A program made the translations under genes and the position numbers. Shown piece after piece: positions 1 through 12,907 of a DNA stretch of 64,000 nucleotides (its first letter is position 1; every line of letters begins with the position of its first letter). Source of the stretch: Lama guanicoe. Taxonomy: Eukaryota. The stretch covers positions 2,075,130 through 2,139,129 of the forward strand of contig MU054391.1 of the NCBI GenBank assembly GCA_013239625.1. The letters are read 5' to 3'. Under the pieces are notes generated by a model, which saw only the letters and a program-made list of their open reading frames with translations, did not search any database and was not told the DNA's origin.

Positions 1-699
1 GTCTTTTTCTAGCATTTAACCCAAATCCACTCAACCTGAAGTCGTCAGCAATAGATGATCCAAGAGCTGCGGCTGGAGTCTCTGGCAGCTAGAGTCCCAG
101 GAAGCAGGGCGGATGTGCAGTTAAATTGTTCTGAGCCTGAAAGTCCATGCAGGTTGGCCTAGGGAAGCACGTGGCCATCCTCGAGGGCAGGAGAAGAACA
201 AAAACCAAGCCTGAAATGGATGCTCATGATGGTGGTAAGCAAAGTCGCATGAGCTGGTTCACGGACGAGAAGCTGGTGCCGTTAATTTAAGCAGCCTTTT
301 CCAGGAGACACGTGGATGCCCGTGACCTTAGTGAGCCGGGAAGGACGCTGAGCCACCGTGGAGAGCTGATCTCAGTTTGGCCATGGTGATCCTCTGCCTT
401 GCCACCTCCTCTTCGGTCATCTCCTGCTTTGCCATTTTGAAGTGTGACTTACTCATCCACATGCTAGATGTATGGGACTGAGTGTTTTTGGATAATTTTT
501 ACTTCATTTGTGTACCGAGAGACATAAAGTCCAAATTCCTTGATGTTTTACAGAGAATCAAATAAGATTATCTGTGTAAAGTACTACAGTGCCTGATACA
601 AATATATAGTAAGCAGCAAATGCTCGTGGTCATCTATTGGCATACTAAATACTAGAAGATAAATAAATGAGGGTGTTTGAGACATTACTCTATATCTGC

Positions 700-1900
700 C
701 ATCTTGTACATTTTAATTATAAAATATTGTAAACATATAAGGGTACAAAGTGATATTGCAACGGGCACTTGTTTCAATGCATGTTCTATCGCTTCAGACC
801 ATGGTTTAAAGAAATAAGATGGGACAGATGCAGATGAAAGCCACCTCCATCCCACCTCCTGCCTTCCTGAGACAGTAAATGGAAATACAGTGAAGGTCTC
901 TAACAGTCATTTCTATATTTCAGTTTCACAAACGTGCATTTGTAAATAATATGTTGATTGCTTAAAGTTTAAAATTATATACAGATGGCACCATATTTAT
1001 TTATCTTGGTGCTGCTTGCTTTTTCACTCCACATTGTAAGTTTTTGATTCACCAAACTGATACATGCTGCTGAGGTGTATTTATTTTAACTGTAGTAGAA
1101 TATGTGCTTATATGAACATACTATAATGTATGCATCTATCCCATAATGGGTAAATTATAGCTATTGACAGCTTTGCTCTCCAAGGGATGGTAGCAATTTA
1201 TAAATCCATCTGAAGGTTATGAATATACCTACCAATTTTCTCACATTCTCTCAGTACATTATCAGTTTAATGTTTTTAAACCAATTTCATGGGTAAGAAA
1301 TGGCATGCCATAGTAATTTAACATTTTTTTTATTGAAATGTAATTTACACACAGAATATCATGCAGCATGTAAACCCCCAGAACAATGATTTTTTTCCTC
1401 CATGAGTCACAAGTTTGATATAGAAGTAGAACATGACCAGGATCCTGAGGTCCCTATTTGTCACATTTCATTTGTTATTTTTCATTACAATAAGCATTAC
1501 TGTGATTTCTGTTTTCACAGGTTAGTTTTAAAATTTGACCAAGTGTTCCCAGGCATCACGTGCTTTATCATCTCTGCCTTCTTTTTCTCGTCATCGTGTT
1601 GACTTGACCCATGTTACTGTGTGTTTTACCAGTGGTCATTTTCATTGTAACACAGAATTCCATCACTTAACCAACTACATTTAACCACATTAACTTTGTA
1701 GTCAGAGTCTATACCCAGTCTACCATTAATAAAATATTAGATTTGCTTTCAGCTTTATGGCTATGATAAATAACTGTTTAATAAGCATTGCTGGACATGA
1801 CTTTTGGTATATATGCATGTGTATTCATATTTTCCTCTGGTGTGTTTACCTAGGGATAAAATTTTGTCAAAAAGCAGGTTATTTTCATCATTGTCAATAC
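700..1900 (-). mobile_element. Ancient LINE-1 (L1M/L1ME-type) 3' fragments, highly decayed
   Basis: AT-rich sequence with antisense L1 3'-region phrases (e.g. 'ttttattgaaatgtaatttacac', 'tttcatgggtaagaaatggcat'); boundaries approximate. Confidence 0.5.
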
Positions 1901-4900
1901 TTGTAGATTTCCAAAATAATTCCAATCCAAGCAATTAATGTGTTTTTCAATTATATACTTTCTACTTCTTGTAATCTATTTTTCCAAACACACTAATCAC
2001 TTAAAGTCACATCTGCAGATTCCTGAATCTGGATTAGCTGGTTTAGCTGGTTTTCACCTTCTGATTATGTGGCCCTGCATCTTGGCGTGCTGGTGAGTTT
2101 TGATTGAATGCTAGGCATTGTTATAATATTATCTTTCTTCAAAGCTTGTTCACTTAGTCTCTGGCGGAAAATCAAAAGAGAAGCAGATCCCAGTTATCTG
2201 ATCAGGGACCAAAATTATCAGAGGTCGGATGTCAGATTTTATTAGGTCTGGCCTCAGCTGGAAGATCATAATGTCTATCACAGTCCATGATCCTTGGGGG
2301 ACACTCAGTTCCAGTTTCTGACTCTCCAATACTATAAAAGAGCTAAAAGTTCTGTTTTGTGTCTTTGCCTTTTGGTGCCACACACATACCAGTTGCTTTG
2401 GTTCTTAATGCCTTGAGTATAGTTGAGGGATTAACAAATGTCTTGAAGGGAAAAGTGAGCATAATTTCACATGCAGCTCTCTTTGTTTCATTTTTTAGGG
2501 GACCTTTTTCCTTCATGCTTTGACTGCCTTAGTAACTATATATTAAATTTTTGTCTCTCCACCCCTGTGAAACTACCCTAGTTGTGAGAACAATTGTCTC
2601 TACATTTCTCAGTCGGCTGTTAATACTCAGGAAATACCTGGAGGGAAATGATGGGACATGTTGAACTGAGCACTATGTGTTTCTCTTTTCTTTGGGAATC
2701 TCCCTGTCTTTACATTTTATACTTCTATCCTGTAAAGTAGTAGTTAGATATATTATTTTTAAATTGAGTTTTAAAATTCTTAAACTTCAGCTAGAAAATT
2801 TAATGCATTTATATTTATTGAAATTACTAGTATATTTGGATCTTTTCTGTGCTCTCATTTTGTGCTTTTTATTATCATTTTCTTTGATCAATCTTTTGTA
2901 TTTTGAATTGAATGTGTTTTCTTTTTGCTTTTCTAATTCTATGTTAAATCATTCTCCTTCATTCCTGTTCTCAGTAAGATTTGAATGCTAGTATCCATCA
3001 GAAACCAATTTTCAAGGAGCAGTCCCTGGCATCCTTGGGTTACCGCATGGCAGTGTGCTCACCAGGGACTCCATGTACTTGCCTCTTTGCTCCTGGCCTG
3101 GATCTTAGGTTCATTTCTCATTGCTCCTCTTGAAGATGACAGCTTGATGTTCACCCAGTGGCTCCATCACAATATATATATATAAGGCAGATCTTCATGA
3201 CCTTATCATCTCCTTCTTGGCTTAATTTTTTTAAATCTATTTTATTTTTTAAATTAAGCTATGCCCAATTACTTGTCTTCTGGCTTCTTGAAGCTGTAGG
3301 GCAGACAACACTTGCCACAATGACACCTGTCGAAGTGTCTGGCCAAAAAACCTCCAGCACCACAATCATCTGAAGGGAACTGCCAACAAAAGCAACTAGA
3401 CTTGCCATTCTCCTCCACCTTCTAGAGTTCCAGGGCAGCTGGCTTAGCCCTCTGTCTCTTACATTTACTCTTCTTGGGAGTGTGTAAGACTTCTTCCTTT
3501 TCTAAGAGTCTCCACAAAGCCTCAGCACAAGATGAACAGCGGATTCCTTTTGAAAGCTGTAGTCAGAGTGTGTCCATCTTCCAGTGGTTTCCCCCCAAAG
3601 ATCCATCTTAGCTGGTAATGAGGGATCCCTTCCTTGCCTTTGATCTTGGCCTTTGCATTTTTTCCTGTGCCCTACATTTCAGCCTCAAAAATGATGGTCT
3701 TCCCCTAAAGGATTTTACAAAAATGTATCTTGGCAATGGTTTCAGTGCAGATGGTGGGTCGGAAAAACTCCTCCTTGATTTTTAAGATCACAAAGCAAAA
3801 TTCAGTTTCAATAAGTGAATTCCATAAACAAAATAAATGGCAAACTAAATAACTTGGTGAGGTTATTTGCAACCATGAAAGGTTTGAAGCATGTAGATTC
3901 CTCTGATGCATTTATATGCACCAGGAATTCCAGCCAAACATCTGGCCCGAGCTTGAGCCCAACCCTTGATCTGAAGTCCCACACTGCTTTCTCCTTACTG
4001 TGAAAACCTACAGTAGAGGTTAGACCTGGTGTCTTGGTGCTACACAGATGCACGTTCAAAATTCTGATGTTGCCAAAGATTGGTCTGTGACTCTGGGAAA
4101 ATGCTTGAACCTTGGAATGCAAAATTTGCTTTTCTGAAATGGGCAATAATAGTCGGATATTGTGAGTGTTAAATGTGATAAGGGTATTTAACGTGCTGGC
4201 CGGCCTGTTGTAAGTCTGTGATGACGATTAACTACTGATTTTTAAGATTTCCCTCAAAGTCTCCTCAAATCCATTTATCATGCTCAGTTATACTTAGTGC
4301 TGTCATAAAAGACAAAAAGAGTATTTAGAAAGTAAATGCCGTTTTCCTTATTTAAGTAGAACTCAATAGCTTATCATCTTATTCACTTTGTTTTGAAGAT
4401 ACTGAGATTTTTCAATTGATGCTTAAAAAAATACCATACGGTATACTTATTTCCCACTCACTTTAATTAAATGCATGTTTGGTGAATATTGTTCTTGAAC
4501 ACTTGTGCTTTAACTTTCTGTAGTTTGTACCATTTATAATAAAACCTCTAGTTTGCTAATGTTAAGAGAAAAACTGCAGAAAGTTTTATAAACTCCAACT
4601 TTCCAATTTCATTAAATGTGTTTGGCAAACTGAAGAGGTGGATAATTTACTGTGAACTATTAAACTGTTAAGCATAATGACCTGCACAAGAAGCTGGCTA
4701 AATTGCTGGAACAGTAGCTGAGTTAATTAATTCTAGGATACACTGTAAACTCCACAGAAGGCGTTAGATAGGTAAAGTAACACAATTAGTTTGCTATGAT
4801 TAATAAGGTCTTCTGCATATCAAAGGAATCAAGGCTGATTAGATTAGCATTTCTAAGGGTTATCCAAATTTGATACATTTATATAAATCAACATAATAAA

Positions 4901-5329
4901 ACTGGAAAGGAAAAGAATTGGGAATAGGTATAATACAATATAAAGCCAGGATTTGTCATTTTTCTAGTCTCTGCTGCACCTTGAAGGCAGCGCCTTGTAT
5001 TTCATCATTTTTATTCCAATTACAGAAAACGCTGGTATTTTGTAAGTGTAGGAGCAGGGCCATATTTTCTTCGAATGTTATCCTTCTAATGAAAACCCAC
5101 CCTGAGTGTCCTCAGATGTGTTCACATGCCTGCGGGCGCCTTGCTACGGCATCAAGTGACTCATCAGTGGAGGCCTGCGTCTACGTTCACTTGTATAACA
5201 GTTTGGAATGAGATAAATAAATTATTTAAAAATGGAAGAGAGGAGACAGAAATCCAGGGGTAACATCTTTTATCATCCGGGACTGCTGATTGCACACCAG
5301 TGGTTCTTCAGGGCCCCCCAGCTCCGCAG

Positions 5330-5800
5330 AGAGGACGACAGTGCGGACCCGCGGACCCGCGGGAGCAACGCAGGATTGGAACGCGGCGCCGGGGGCGGGG
5401 CGGCGCCGGGGGCGGGGCGGCGCCGGCCCCGTCGGTCCACTGGCGGCTTTGTGGGCTCGGCGGCTGCGCGCACGCTGGGCGGCGGGGCTGAGCCGGTGCA
5501 GCGGACATCGCTGCTGACTCCCGAGCCTGAAGCGTTTACTGCTGACGGTCAGCAGCGACGTCCGCCCACCCGCGCTCTAGCTGCCCGGCCGACCCCGTCC
5601 GCAGGCGGGGCCGGGCTTCCGGGCACATGCGCGGGCTGGCGCGGGCCTGGGGGGCCCCTGCCCCACTCTGCCCGGCCCTGCGGGCCCCCGCGGCGCCGGT
5701 GCCCCGCGGGAGAGCCCTGCCCCTGCACTGCGGTGAGCGGCGCGCCAGCCGGCTTCACAGCGCGGTGTGACGTGGTGCCTACAGGGGTCCTCCTCCCTCG
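5330..5800 (+). promoter_or_regulatory. CpG island 1, probable promoter/first exon
   Basis: Very high GC and CpG density; reverse CCAAT (ATTGG 5375-5379); two GGGGCGGGG Sp/KLF boxes in 5391-5417; AP-1 site TGACTCA at 5157-5163 upstream; strong splice donor GCG|GTGAGC at 5732/5733. Confidence 0.75.
5383..5426. repeat. 17-bp tandem repeat (GCGGCGCCGGGGGCGGG x ~2.6)
   Basis: Read directly: units start at 5383, 5400 and 5417. Confidence 0.9.
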
Positions 5801-7097
5801 GTCCTCCTTTGGGAAGGAGGCTTGGCATTACTCACAGCTTGCCTCCCAGAAACAAGAGAAAGGTGAAATTTTGTCTGTCTTCAGGGTAAAGCCCGAAAAA
5901 CAGAAGATGCCCAATAGATTTTAGGTTAAAGAAAAATGGAAGGAAGGAAGGAAGGGAACCAAAGATTTGAAGTATATGATTGAAATAGTTTATTGACACA
6001 CACTAGACAACGTTGTTCTGGGAGGGGAACCAGGCCCGCATCGCCTAAGATGCAGTGCTCAAGGTGGGGTGCACACAATCATACATTGGGGAAAATAATT
6101 AAGAAATATGTGTGTGCATGAGAGAGAGTACCTATAGAATATATTAATATCTGTTAAAATATAATTCTAATATATGCTAATATATGCACACTTCTATAGA
6201 TGTACATATAGACACATACCCACAAAAACCTCTAAACTTTAAAACTGAATATGTAGGCAAAATCAAAGAATTTATCACTATTATTGAATAAACCTCTGGA
6301 ATACAGAAATAAATCTGACATGTTAGCAATATGCTTAGAATAGAAGTAAAGCAAGACAGAAAAACAGAGAAAGACAGAAAAGAGGTAAAGCTGGCCACTC
6401 TCATACATTCATTTCATAAGGCACAGTATGAGGTGTGATGCACTTACATGTGAGAGAAATTAGCAAGAATATGTAGCTGTTAAGAATCCAGTGGAAGTGG
6501 ATTCTCTTTACAGTGATGTTCAAGTTCAGGTCAACAGTCTATGGTAAGTTCAGACTTCAGAACACCTTTCTGTTTGAAAAACATGGAAATTAGAGATGAA
6601 ATACTAAAAGACCAAAAATAAGCACAAAGATGGAAGATGGAGCCCAAATTAAAGATAAGATAAACTTCTCTGTGAATCGAGCTGAACACATACCAGTTGA
6701 ACACTATCCAATTAAAAAAAAACCTGCATGGATACATTAAAATCAGATTATGTGCACTTAAAAGAAAAATAAGTAATACTACAGGCTTAGAGGATAGGCT
6801 TTCGATAATAATAGTCTTAACTGGGTTAAAAATGTTTGTTAAGTGACAGTCTTGGAAACTGGAAATATGGGTATGGTGTGGCTGGATTGCTAAATGGTTA
6901 CAGAACGTAAAATGTTTGTGCACCTTAAAACTGTCTCAAAATAAATAAATAAAAGGCAACAGAATTGTTGAACGGTTGATAAACCCTCAGTAATGACAGA
7001 GCACATGAAATATGCTTTTAATTATTAAACTTTCAGGCAGACAAAAATATTTGTACAGCTGTAGAAGGTTTGAAAAACACAATGAATAATTTTAATA

Positions 7098-7636
7098 TGT
7101 GTCCCCTCAAATTCCTGCCTGCTAGTGCAAGATTCTACCCAGCCCTGTGACTGTAAACACGAGGGGGCCCGCTGCTGTGATCAGCTCATGTATACGGTGC
7201 AACCGACCTTCAGAAAGAGCCTGAGTCAGTCTCATGAGCCCTTAAGTCAAGGTGTAAGTTCAGAAACGGGGAGTCAGAGTTTCGAAGTAAGAGGAATTTA
7301 ACACAAGAGAAATTCTTTCTTGCTGGTTTGAATATGGGGAGAGGGGGCATATAGCAAGGGACATGAGTGTCCCGAGGTGCAGGAAGTGGCCTTTGGTGGC
7401 AGCCAGGAACTGCAGTCCTTCAGCCAGAAGGAACTGAATGTGGCCAAGGCTCTGAGTGAGCTGGGAAGTGGATTGCTCCTTCAGAGCATCCACAAGGGAG
7501 CAGAGCCCAGCTGACTTCTTGATTTCAGCCTTGTGAGGCTCTGAGACGGCACGTGCCACACCAGGCCAGGCTGCTGGGCCACTTTGTGTCCCTACGTGTG
7601 TAGGAAGGTATCTTGGAGCAATGCAAATGGATAACA
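7098..7636 (+). mobile_element. MaLR LTR (MLT1D/E-like)
   Basis: TG...CA ends; MLT1 phrases 'gaaggaactgaatgtggccaa...tgagtgagctgggaagtggatt', 'ttgatttcagccttgtgag'. Confidence 0.7.
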
Positions 7637-7727
7637 GAAATCGGCAGGAATATATTTACCAAAAGCCGTGCGAGAACTTTACATAGAAAAGTGATAAAAC
7701 TCAGTGTCATCAAGATAAGGATTTTCA

Positions 7728-8832
7728 GGGAGTGTTCTAGCTTCATTGTTTTACATGCTGCTGTCCAGTTTTCCCAACACCATTTGCTGAAGAGACTGTC
7801 TTTATTCCATCGTATACTCTTGCCTCTTTTGTCGAAGATTAGTTGACCAAAAGTTTGCGGGTTCATTTCTGGGCTCTATTCTGTTCCATTGGTCCGTATG
7901 TCTGTTTTTGTACCAATACCATGCTGTCTTGATGACTGTAGCTCTGTAGTATTGTCTGAAGACTGGGAGACTTATTCCTCCAGCCTCTTTCTTTTTCTTC
8001 AGTAATGTTTTAGCAATTCTAGGTCTTTGATGGTTCAATATAAATTGTATTATGATTTGTTCTAGTTCTGTGAAATCCACAAATGACAAATGCTGGAGAG
8101 GCTGTGGAGAAAGGGGAACCCTCCTACACTGCTGGTGGGAATGCAGTTTGGTGCAGCCATTGTGGAAAACAGTATGGAGATTCTCTCAAAAGACTAGGAA
8201 TAGACTTACCGTATGACCCAGGAATCCCGCTCCTGGGCATATATCCAGAAGGAACCCTACTTCAGGATGACACCTGCACCCCAATGTTCATAGCAGCATT
8301 ATTTACAATAGCCAAGACATGGAAACAGCCTAAATGTCTATCAACAGATGACTGGATAAAGGAGAAGTGGTATATTTATACAGTGGAATACTACTCAGCC
8401 ATAAAAACTGACAACATAATGTCATTTGCAGCAACATGGATGCTCCTGGAGAATTCTAAGTGAAGTAAGCCAGAAAGAGAAAGAAAAATACCATATGAGA
8501 TTGCTAATATGTGGAATAAAAAAACAAACAAACAAACAAAGCATAAATACAAAACAGAAATAGATTTACAGACATAGAATACAAACTTGTGGTTGCCAAG
8601 GGGGCAGAAGGTGGGAAGGGATAGACTGGGATTTGAAAACTATAGAATAGATAAACAAGATTATACTGTATAGCACAGGGAAATATATACAAGATCTTAT
8701 GGTAGCTCACGGAGAATAAAAAGAGTGACAATGAATATATATATGTTCATGTATAACTGAAAAGTTGTGCTCTACACTGGAATTTGATACAACATTGTAA
8801 AATGATTATAAATCAATAAGAAATGTTAAAAA
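7728..8832 (+). mobile_element. Young camelid-type LINE-1, 5'-truncated and 5'-inverted (antisense ORF2 piece 7728-~8075; sense ORF2 C-terminus plus 3' UTR ~8076-8832)
   Basis: ORF2 peptides '[18 protein letters not shown]' (minus) and '[13 protein letters not shown]...[17 protein letters not shown]' (plus); A-tail; 13-bp TSD ATAAGGATTTTCA at 7715-7727 and 8833-8845. Confidence 0.95.
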
Positions 8833-9419
8833 ATAAGGATTTTCACCAAAATTATATATACATTTAGTAGTATTACAATAAAAATATGAACATATTATTT
8901 TTTGTTCTTGAAAGTAACATTTTAATATTTATACGGGAGGTCAAAGTATAAAGACTATCCCAGGTTGATTTTGGAGTGAGAAGGACAGCTTACTTTAATT
9001 CTGTTGACAAGAAGATAAATTAATAAAACATCTGTAGACATTCCAAATCTAGGAATTTAGCATATTAAAAAATCTAAGTGTGCAAATATCCCCAAGCATA
9101 TATTCCTTAGAGATTTTCTAAGACAATTATGTAAGACATACGTGTACATAACATGCCCTTTCCTACTGGACTTCTTAAAGGAATTAATAGTATTTTCACA
9201 AAAAGTATCACCAACTATATTGACTGGGAATAGTATTTTCAGTGTATTTTACATGAAATAAGAGAGTGAAAAATGTGTACATTGGGATACGGAAGTGGAT
9301 TTTTTTTTTGCTAAGATGAGACAATTTTATCTATTTATCAGTCTATTTAACAATAAGACACTCCTCTGGGGGAGAGTTCAGGTAGCTTAAGAAAAAAATA
9401 ATTTAGAGTGGCTTGGAAT

Positions 9420-10610
9420 TAGCGGGGTGTGCGCCTGGATCTGCCACTTGCCTTCTGAAGAGCGCACGCATTATTAAATCACGGGCACTTGGTTTGTCAG
9501 GATGGGTTGGACATCTGAATTATGGGGTATCAGCTAAGGAAGAACCAACTGTTCTGTATAACAAAGTGGCGAGAACGCTGAGAAACACCGGGAGAAGGGG
9601 CCGGGTGCTGACGAGGGAAGGGCGGGGACGGAAACGGAGGCAGCTGTGAGATCTGGGCGGCCCTTGTGCGCACGGGAGGAAGTGCTTTGTGCCGCAGATG
9701 CGCATGTTCCTGCCGGGGAGCGGCCTCAGCAGGCTCGCCGCCCCCCGGGGGGCCTGCGGCGCGCGGGCGGCTCACGTGCAGGCCTTTCCCGGCGGAGCGC
9801 TTGCGGCGGAAGAGCCGGAGCGCAGGCGTGTGCTGGGGCGTGTGCGCGGCGCAGACGCGGCAGGGCGGCCCTGACGGCGAGGCGCGGGGGCAGCGCGTGT
9901 GCGGGAAGCAGCGGGAGACGGGCAGCCGAGCTCCCTGGGCAACACGCACGACTGTTAAGGGTGGTTGGGTCTGCAGTGTCAGTTTTTTCTTTGCACGTTT
10001 TTTGTGTCTGATTTTCACCAACAAGCACGTGCTCGTGGTCAGAAAGGAGATTATTTTCACTGGGAAGATCTGCGCTCGTTTGGTGGGCTGCTTCCTAACT
10101 CATTTAGACTCGAACTGATGCTGATCCGGCACGGGTAATAGGCCAGGCTTTACGTATGTCCTGACTTTAAAAATTTGGCTTTACTCAGAGGCTCCTCAGG
10201 AGCCGGGCCGAGATGGCCTCACCACTGCGCGGGAGCCGAGGGCCCTCCTCAGCCGGTGCGCTGCCCCTCCTGCTGGCGCAGGGGTCAGCGCTGCATCGCA
10301 ACTTCTCCCACGGTGTCCGCCTCCCTCCCGCCGCGTCCTTAGGAGCGGTGTGCCTGCCAGAGTGCTGGTACCGCTCGTCCCGGCTGGCGTCTGCATCGCA
10401 GAGGCCTCCGCTGACACGTGCGGTGACGTGGAGAGCACCTGACACAAGTCCGAGCCTCCACACACACCTGGCCGGCGTCGCTGGGGGTGCCCGTCCAGTC
10501 ACGACACCTCCTTCAGTAATTCAGCTCCGGCTGAGACTCAGGCCCGAAGCACCGCGTACAAGGGCTCAAGTGAGACGCGTCACGTCTGCAGCCAGGAGTG
10601 CCTGAAGCTC
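9420..10610. promoter_or_regulatory. CpG island 2, promoter-like
   Basis: High CpG density; GC box GGGCGGGG near 9620, ETS-like GGAAGTG near 9678, partial NRF1-like TGCGCATG near 9699; no linked gene identified. Confidence 0.6.
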
Positions 10611-11893
10611 AGCTTTGTCTCGCTTCTGTTTGTTGCTTTGTTCCATACATGGTGCCCCTAATTAATGCCACACTGACCCTCCCGGAATCTCAATGTCGGT
10701 TAGGATGTGTTGCCTGCACCTTTGAGTTGCCTCCCCAGGTCTCCCAGTAAACTTCAGAATAAAGCATGTGACCAAATGCGTTAATAAAACCTCCTACGGG
10801 GACCTCTCTAATTTGGTGAACATCTGTCCAAGATTTTTTTAAATGATGTAACAGAAAAACAGACACTTGCTTTTATTTATGTAGCCTTAAGAATGAACAC
10901 CAGCCTCAAACAATATTTATCTGTAGAAAATGTTGGGAGAAAGAGGTTAAAATATGAATAACAGCTGTCCTCAGGTGGTATGCTGCTTTATAATTTTTGC
11001 TAATATTGCATACATTTTCTGTACTTGGCATATGGATCGGAGAATATCAGTTATTTAAACAGAACCATTTAACACAAAGAATTTCTAGCCTGAAATTTCA
11101 GAATTGTAACGGCAGGAAGACAGCAGTAAGGCATCACAGAGTAGCAGCTGTGGAAGGAGGTGCTACCCTCAGAGCTCAGGGAACAAAGGAAAGAGGTTGT
11201 AATTATTAGAACACAGATCCTCAGGGAGGGTTCAGGGGCTCCGAGAGCAGAGCTCCAAGAGAGAGGAGCTGGGCACTTATTGTGACAACCTCTGGAGCTC
11301 AGAAGAACCCACAGAATGGCAACCCTGACGTCTGTGGACTTGTTGCTGGTACATCTTCAGAATATGCAGAAGTGGGCAGGATTCATGTCTCGCCCCTCCC
11401 CACCCCACGCCGTCCCCTTCTGGTACTTGCTGTTTGCACTAAGGACGGAGCTGGATGGAGCCAAGGAGAGGTGTGGCTGTTGGAGCCCAGGCCCTGGCCA
11501 CAAAGCAGAGAAGCAGTGGGTCTGAAGTTCAGGGCGGCAATAACACTTGGCAACCACACGTAAACACACACACAAAGAAGCCACACAGAAACTTGATTAA
11601 AGGCAAGAGACCTCTGATTCTTGGAGGGAGCCCAAGATCCCTGGCAGAAGCTTCAAGGTTAGTAGGCCACCATCAAGCTACTTGGAATATGCAGACTGTG
11701 AAGAGGAATCTCTCCACACAACGCCTGGCTCATGAAGACAACAAAACCAAACAGTCAAGGAACCTTGGCGGAATAGGAAACCTCGCGAAATCACCATGAG
11801 ATATAAATGTTGAGGGCTGGGCTCCTGGAAGCTGCAGGAGGGAGAGTAGATTTTTGTAACAATTTTTACATTTCCAGGCATCAGTTATTTTCT

Positions 11894-12907
11894 TTTTTGT
11901 TTTGTTTTTTATCTTGTTATATATATACACATTTTTTAACATTTTAAATTGAGTTATAGTAATTTTACAATGTTGTGTCAAATTCCTGTGTAAAGCACAA
12001 TTTTTCAGTTATACATGAACATACATATTTTCATTGTCACATTCTTTTTTGCTGTGAGCCACCACAAGATCCTCTATATATTTCCCTATGCTGCACAGTA
12101 CAATCTTGTTTATCTATTCTATTTTTTGAAACCCCAGTCTGTCCCTTCCCACCCGCCGCCCTCTTGGCAACCACAAGTTTGTATTCTATGTCTATGAGTC
12201 TGTTTCTGTTTTGTATTTATGTTTTGTTTTATTTTTTTAGATTCCACATATGAGCGATCTCATATGGTATTTTTCTTTCTCTTTCTGGCTTACTTCACTT
12301 AGAATGACATTCTCCAGGGACATCCATGTTGCTGCAAATGGCATCATATTGTTGGTTTTTATGGCTAAATAGTATTCCATTGTATCAATATACCACCTCT
12401 TCTTTATCCAGTCATGTGCCAATGGACATCTAGGCTGTTTCCATGTCTTGGCTATTGTAAATAGTGCTGCTATGAACATTGGGGTGCAGGTGTCATTTTG
12501 AAGAAGGGTTGCTTCTGGATATATGCCCAGGAGCGGGATTCCTGGGTCATATGATAAGTCTATTCCTAGTCTTTTGAGGAATCTCCATACTGTTTTCCAC
12601 AGTGGGTGCACCAAACTGCATTCCCACCAGCAGTGTAGGAGGGTCCCCCTTTCTCCACAGCCTCTCCAGCATTTGTCGTTTGTGGACTTTTGAATGATGG
12701 CCGTTCTAACTAGTGTGAGGTGACACCTCATTGTAGTTTTGATCTCCAGAGTATATAAGCAGCTCATATGACTTAATAAGAAAAAAAAAACCTAATCCAA
12801 AAATGGACAGAAGACCTAAATGAGCAATTCTTCAAGGAAGAAATACAGATGATCAATAGGCACATGAAAAAATGCTCAGTATCACTGATTATCAGAGAAA
12901 TGCAGAT
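11894..12907 (-). mobile_element. Young camelid-type LINE-1, 5'-inverted (main body minus 11932-~12743; inverted piece plus ~12741-12907)
   Basis: ORF 12237..12767 is L1 ORF2 C-terminus (CCHC 'HCWWEC' region); poly(T) tail; perfect 19-bp TSD CAGGCATCAGTTATTTTCT at 11875-11893 and 12908-12926. Confidence 0.95.

Noticed and set aside
5232..5924. 230-aa ORF across CpG island 1
   Set aside because: G/A/P/R-rich, no recognisable domain, reads through a strong splice donor; long ORFs are expected where stop codons are rare
9413..10605. Many overlapping ORFs on both strands in island 2 (likewise 26.2-27.0 and 43.7-44.5 kb)
   Set aside because: Artefact of high GC content; no homology recognised
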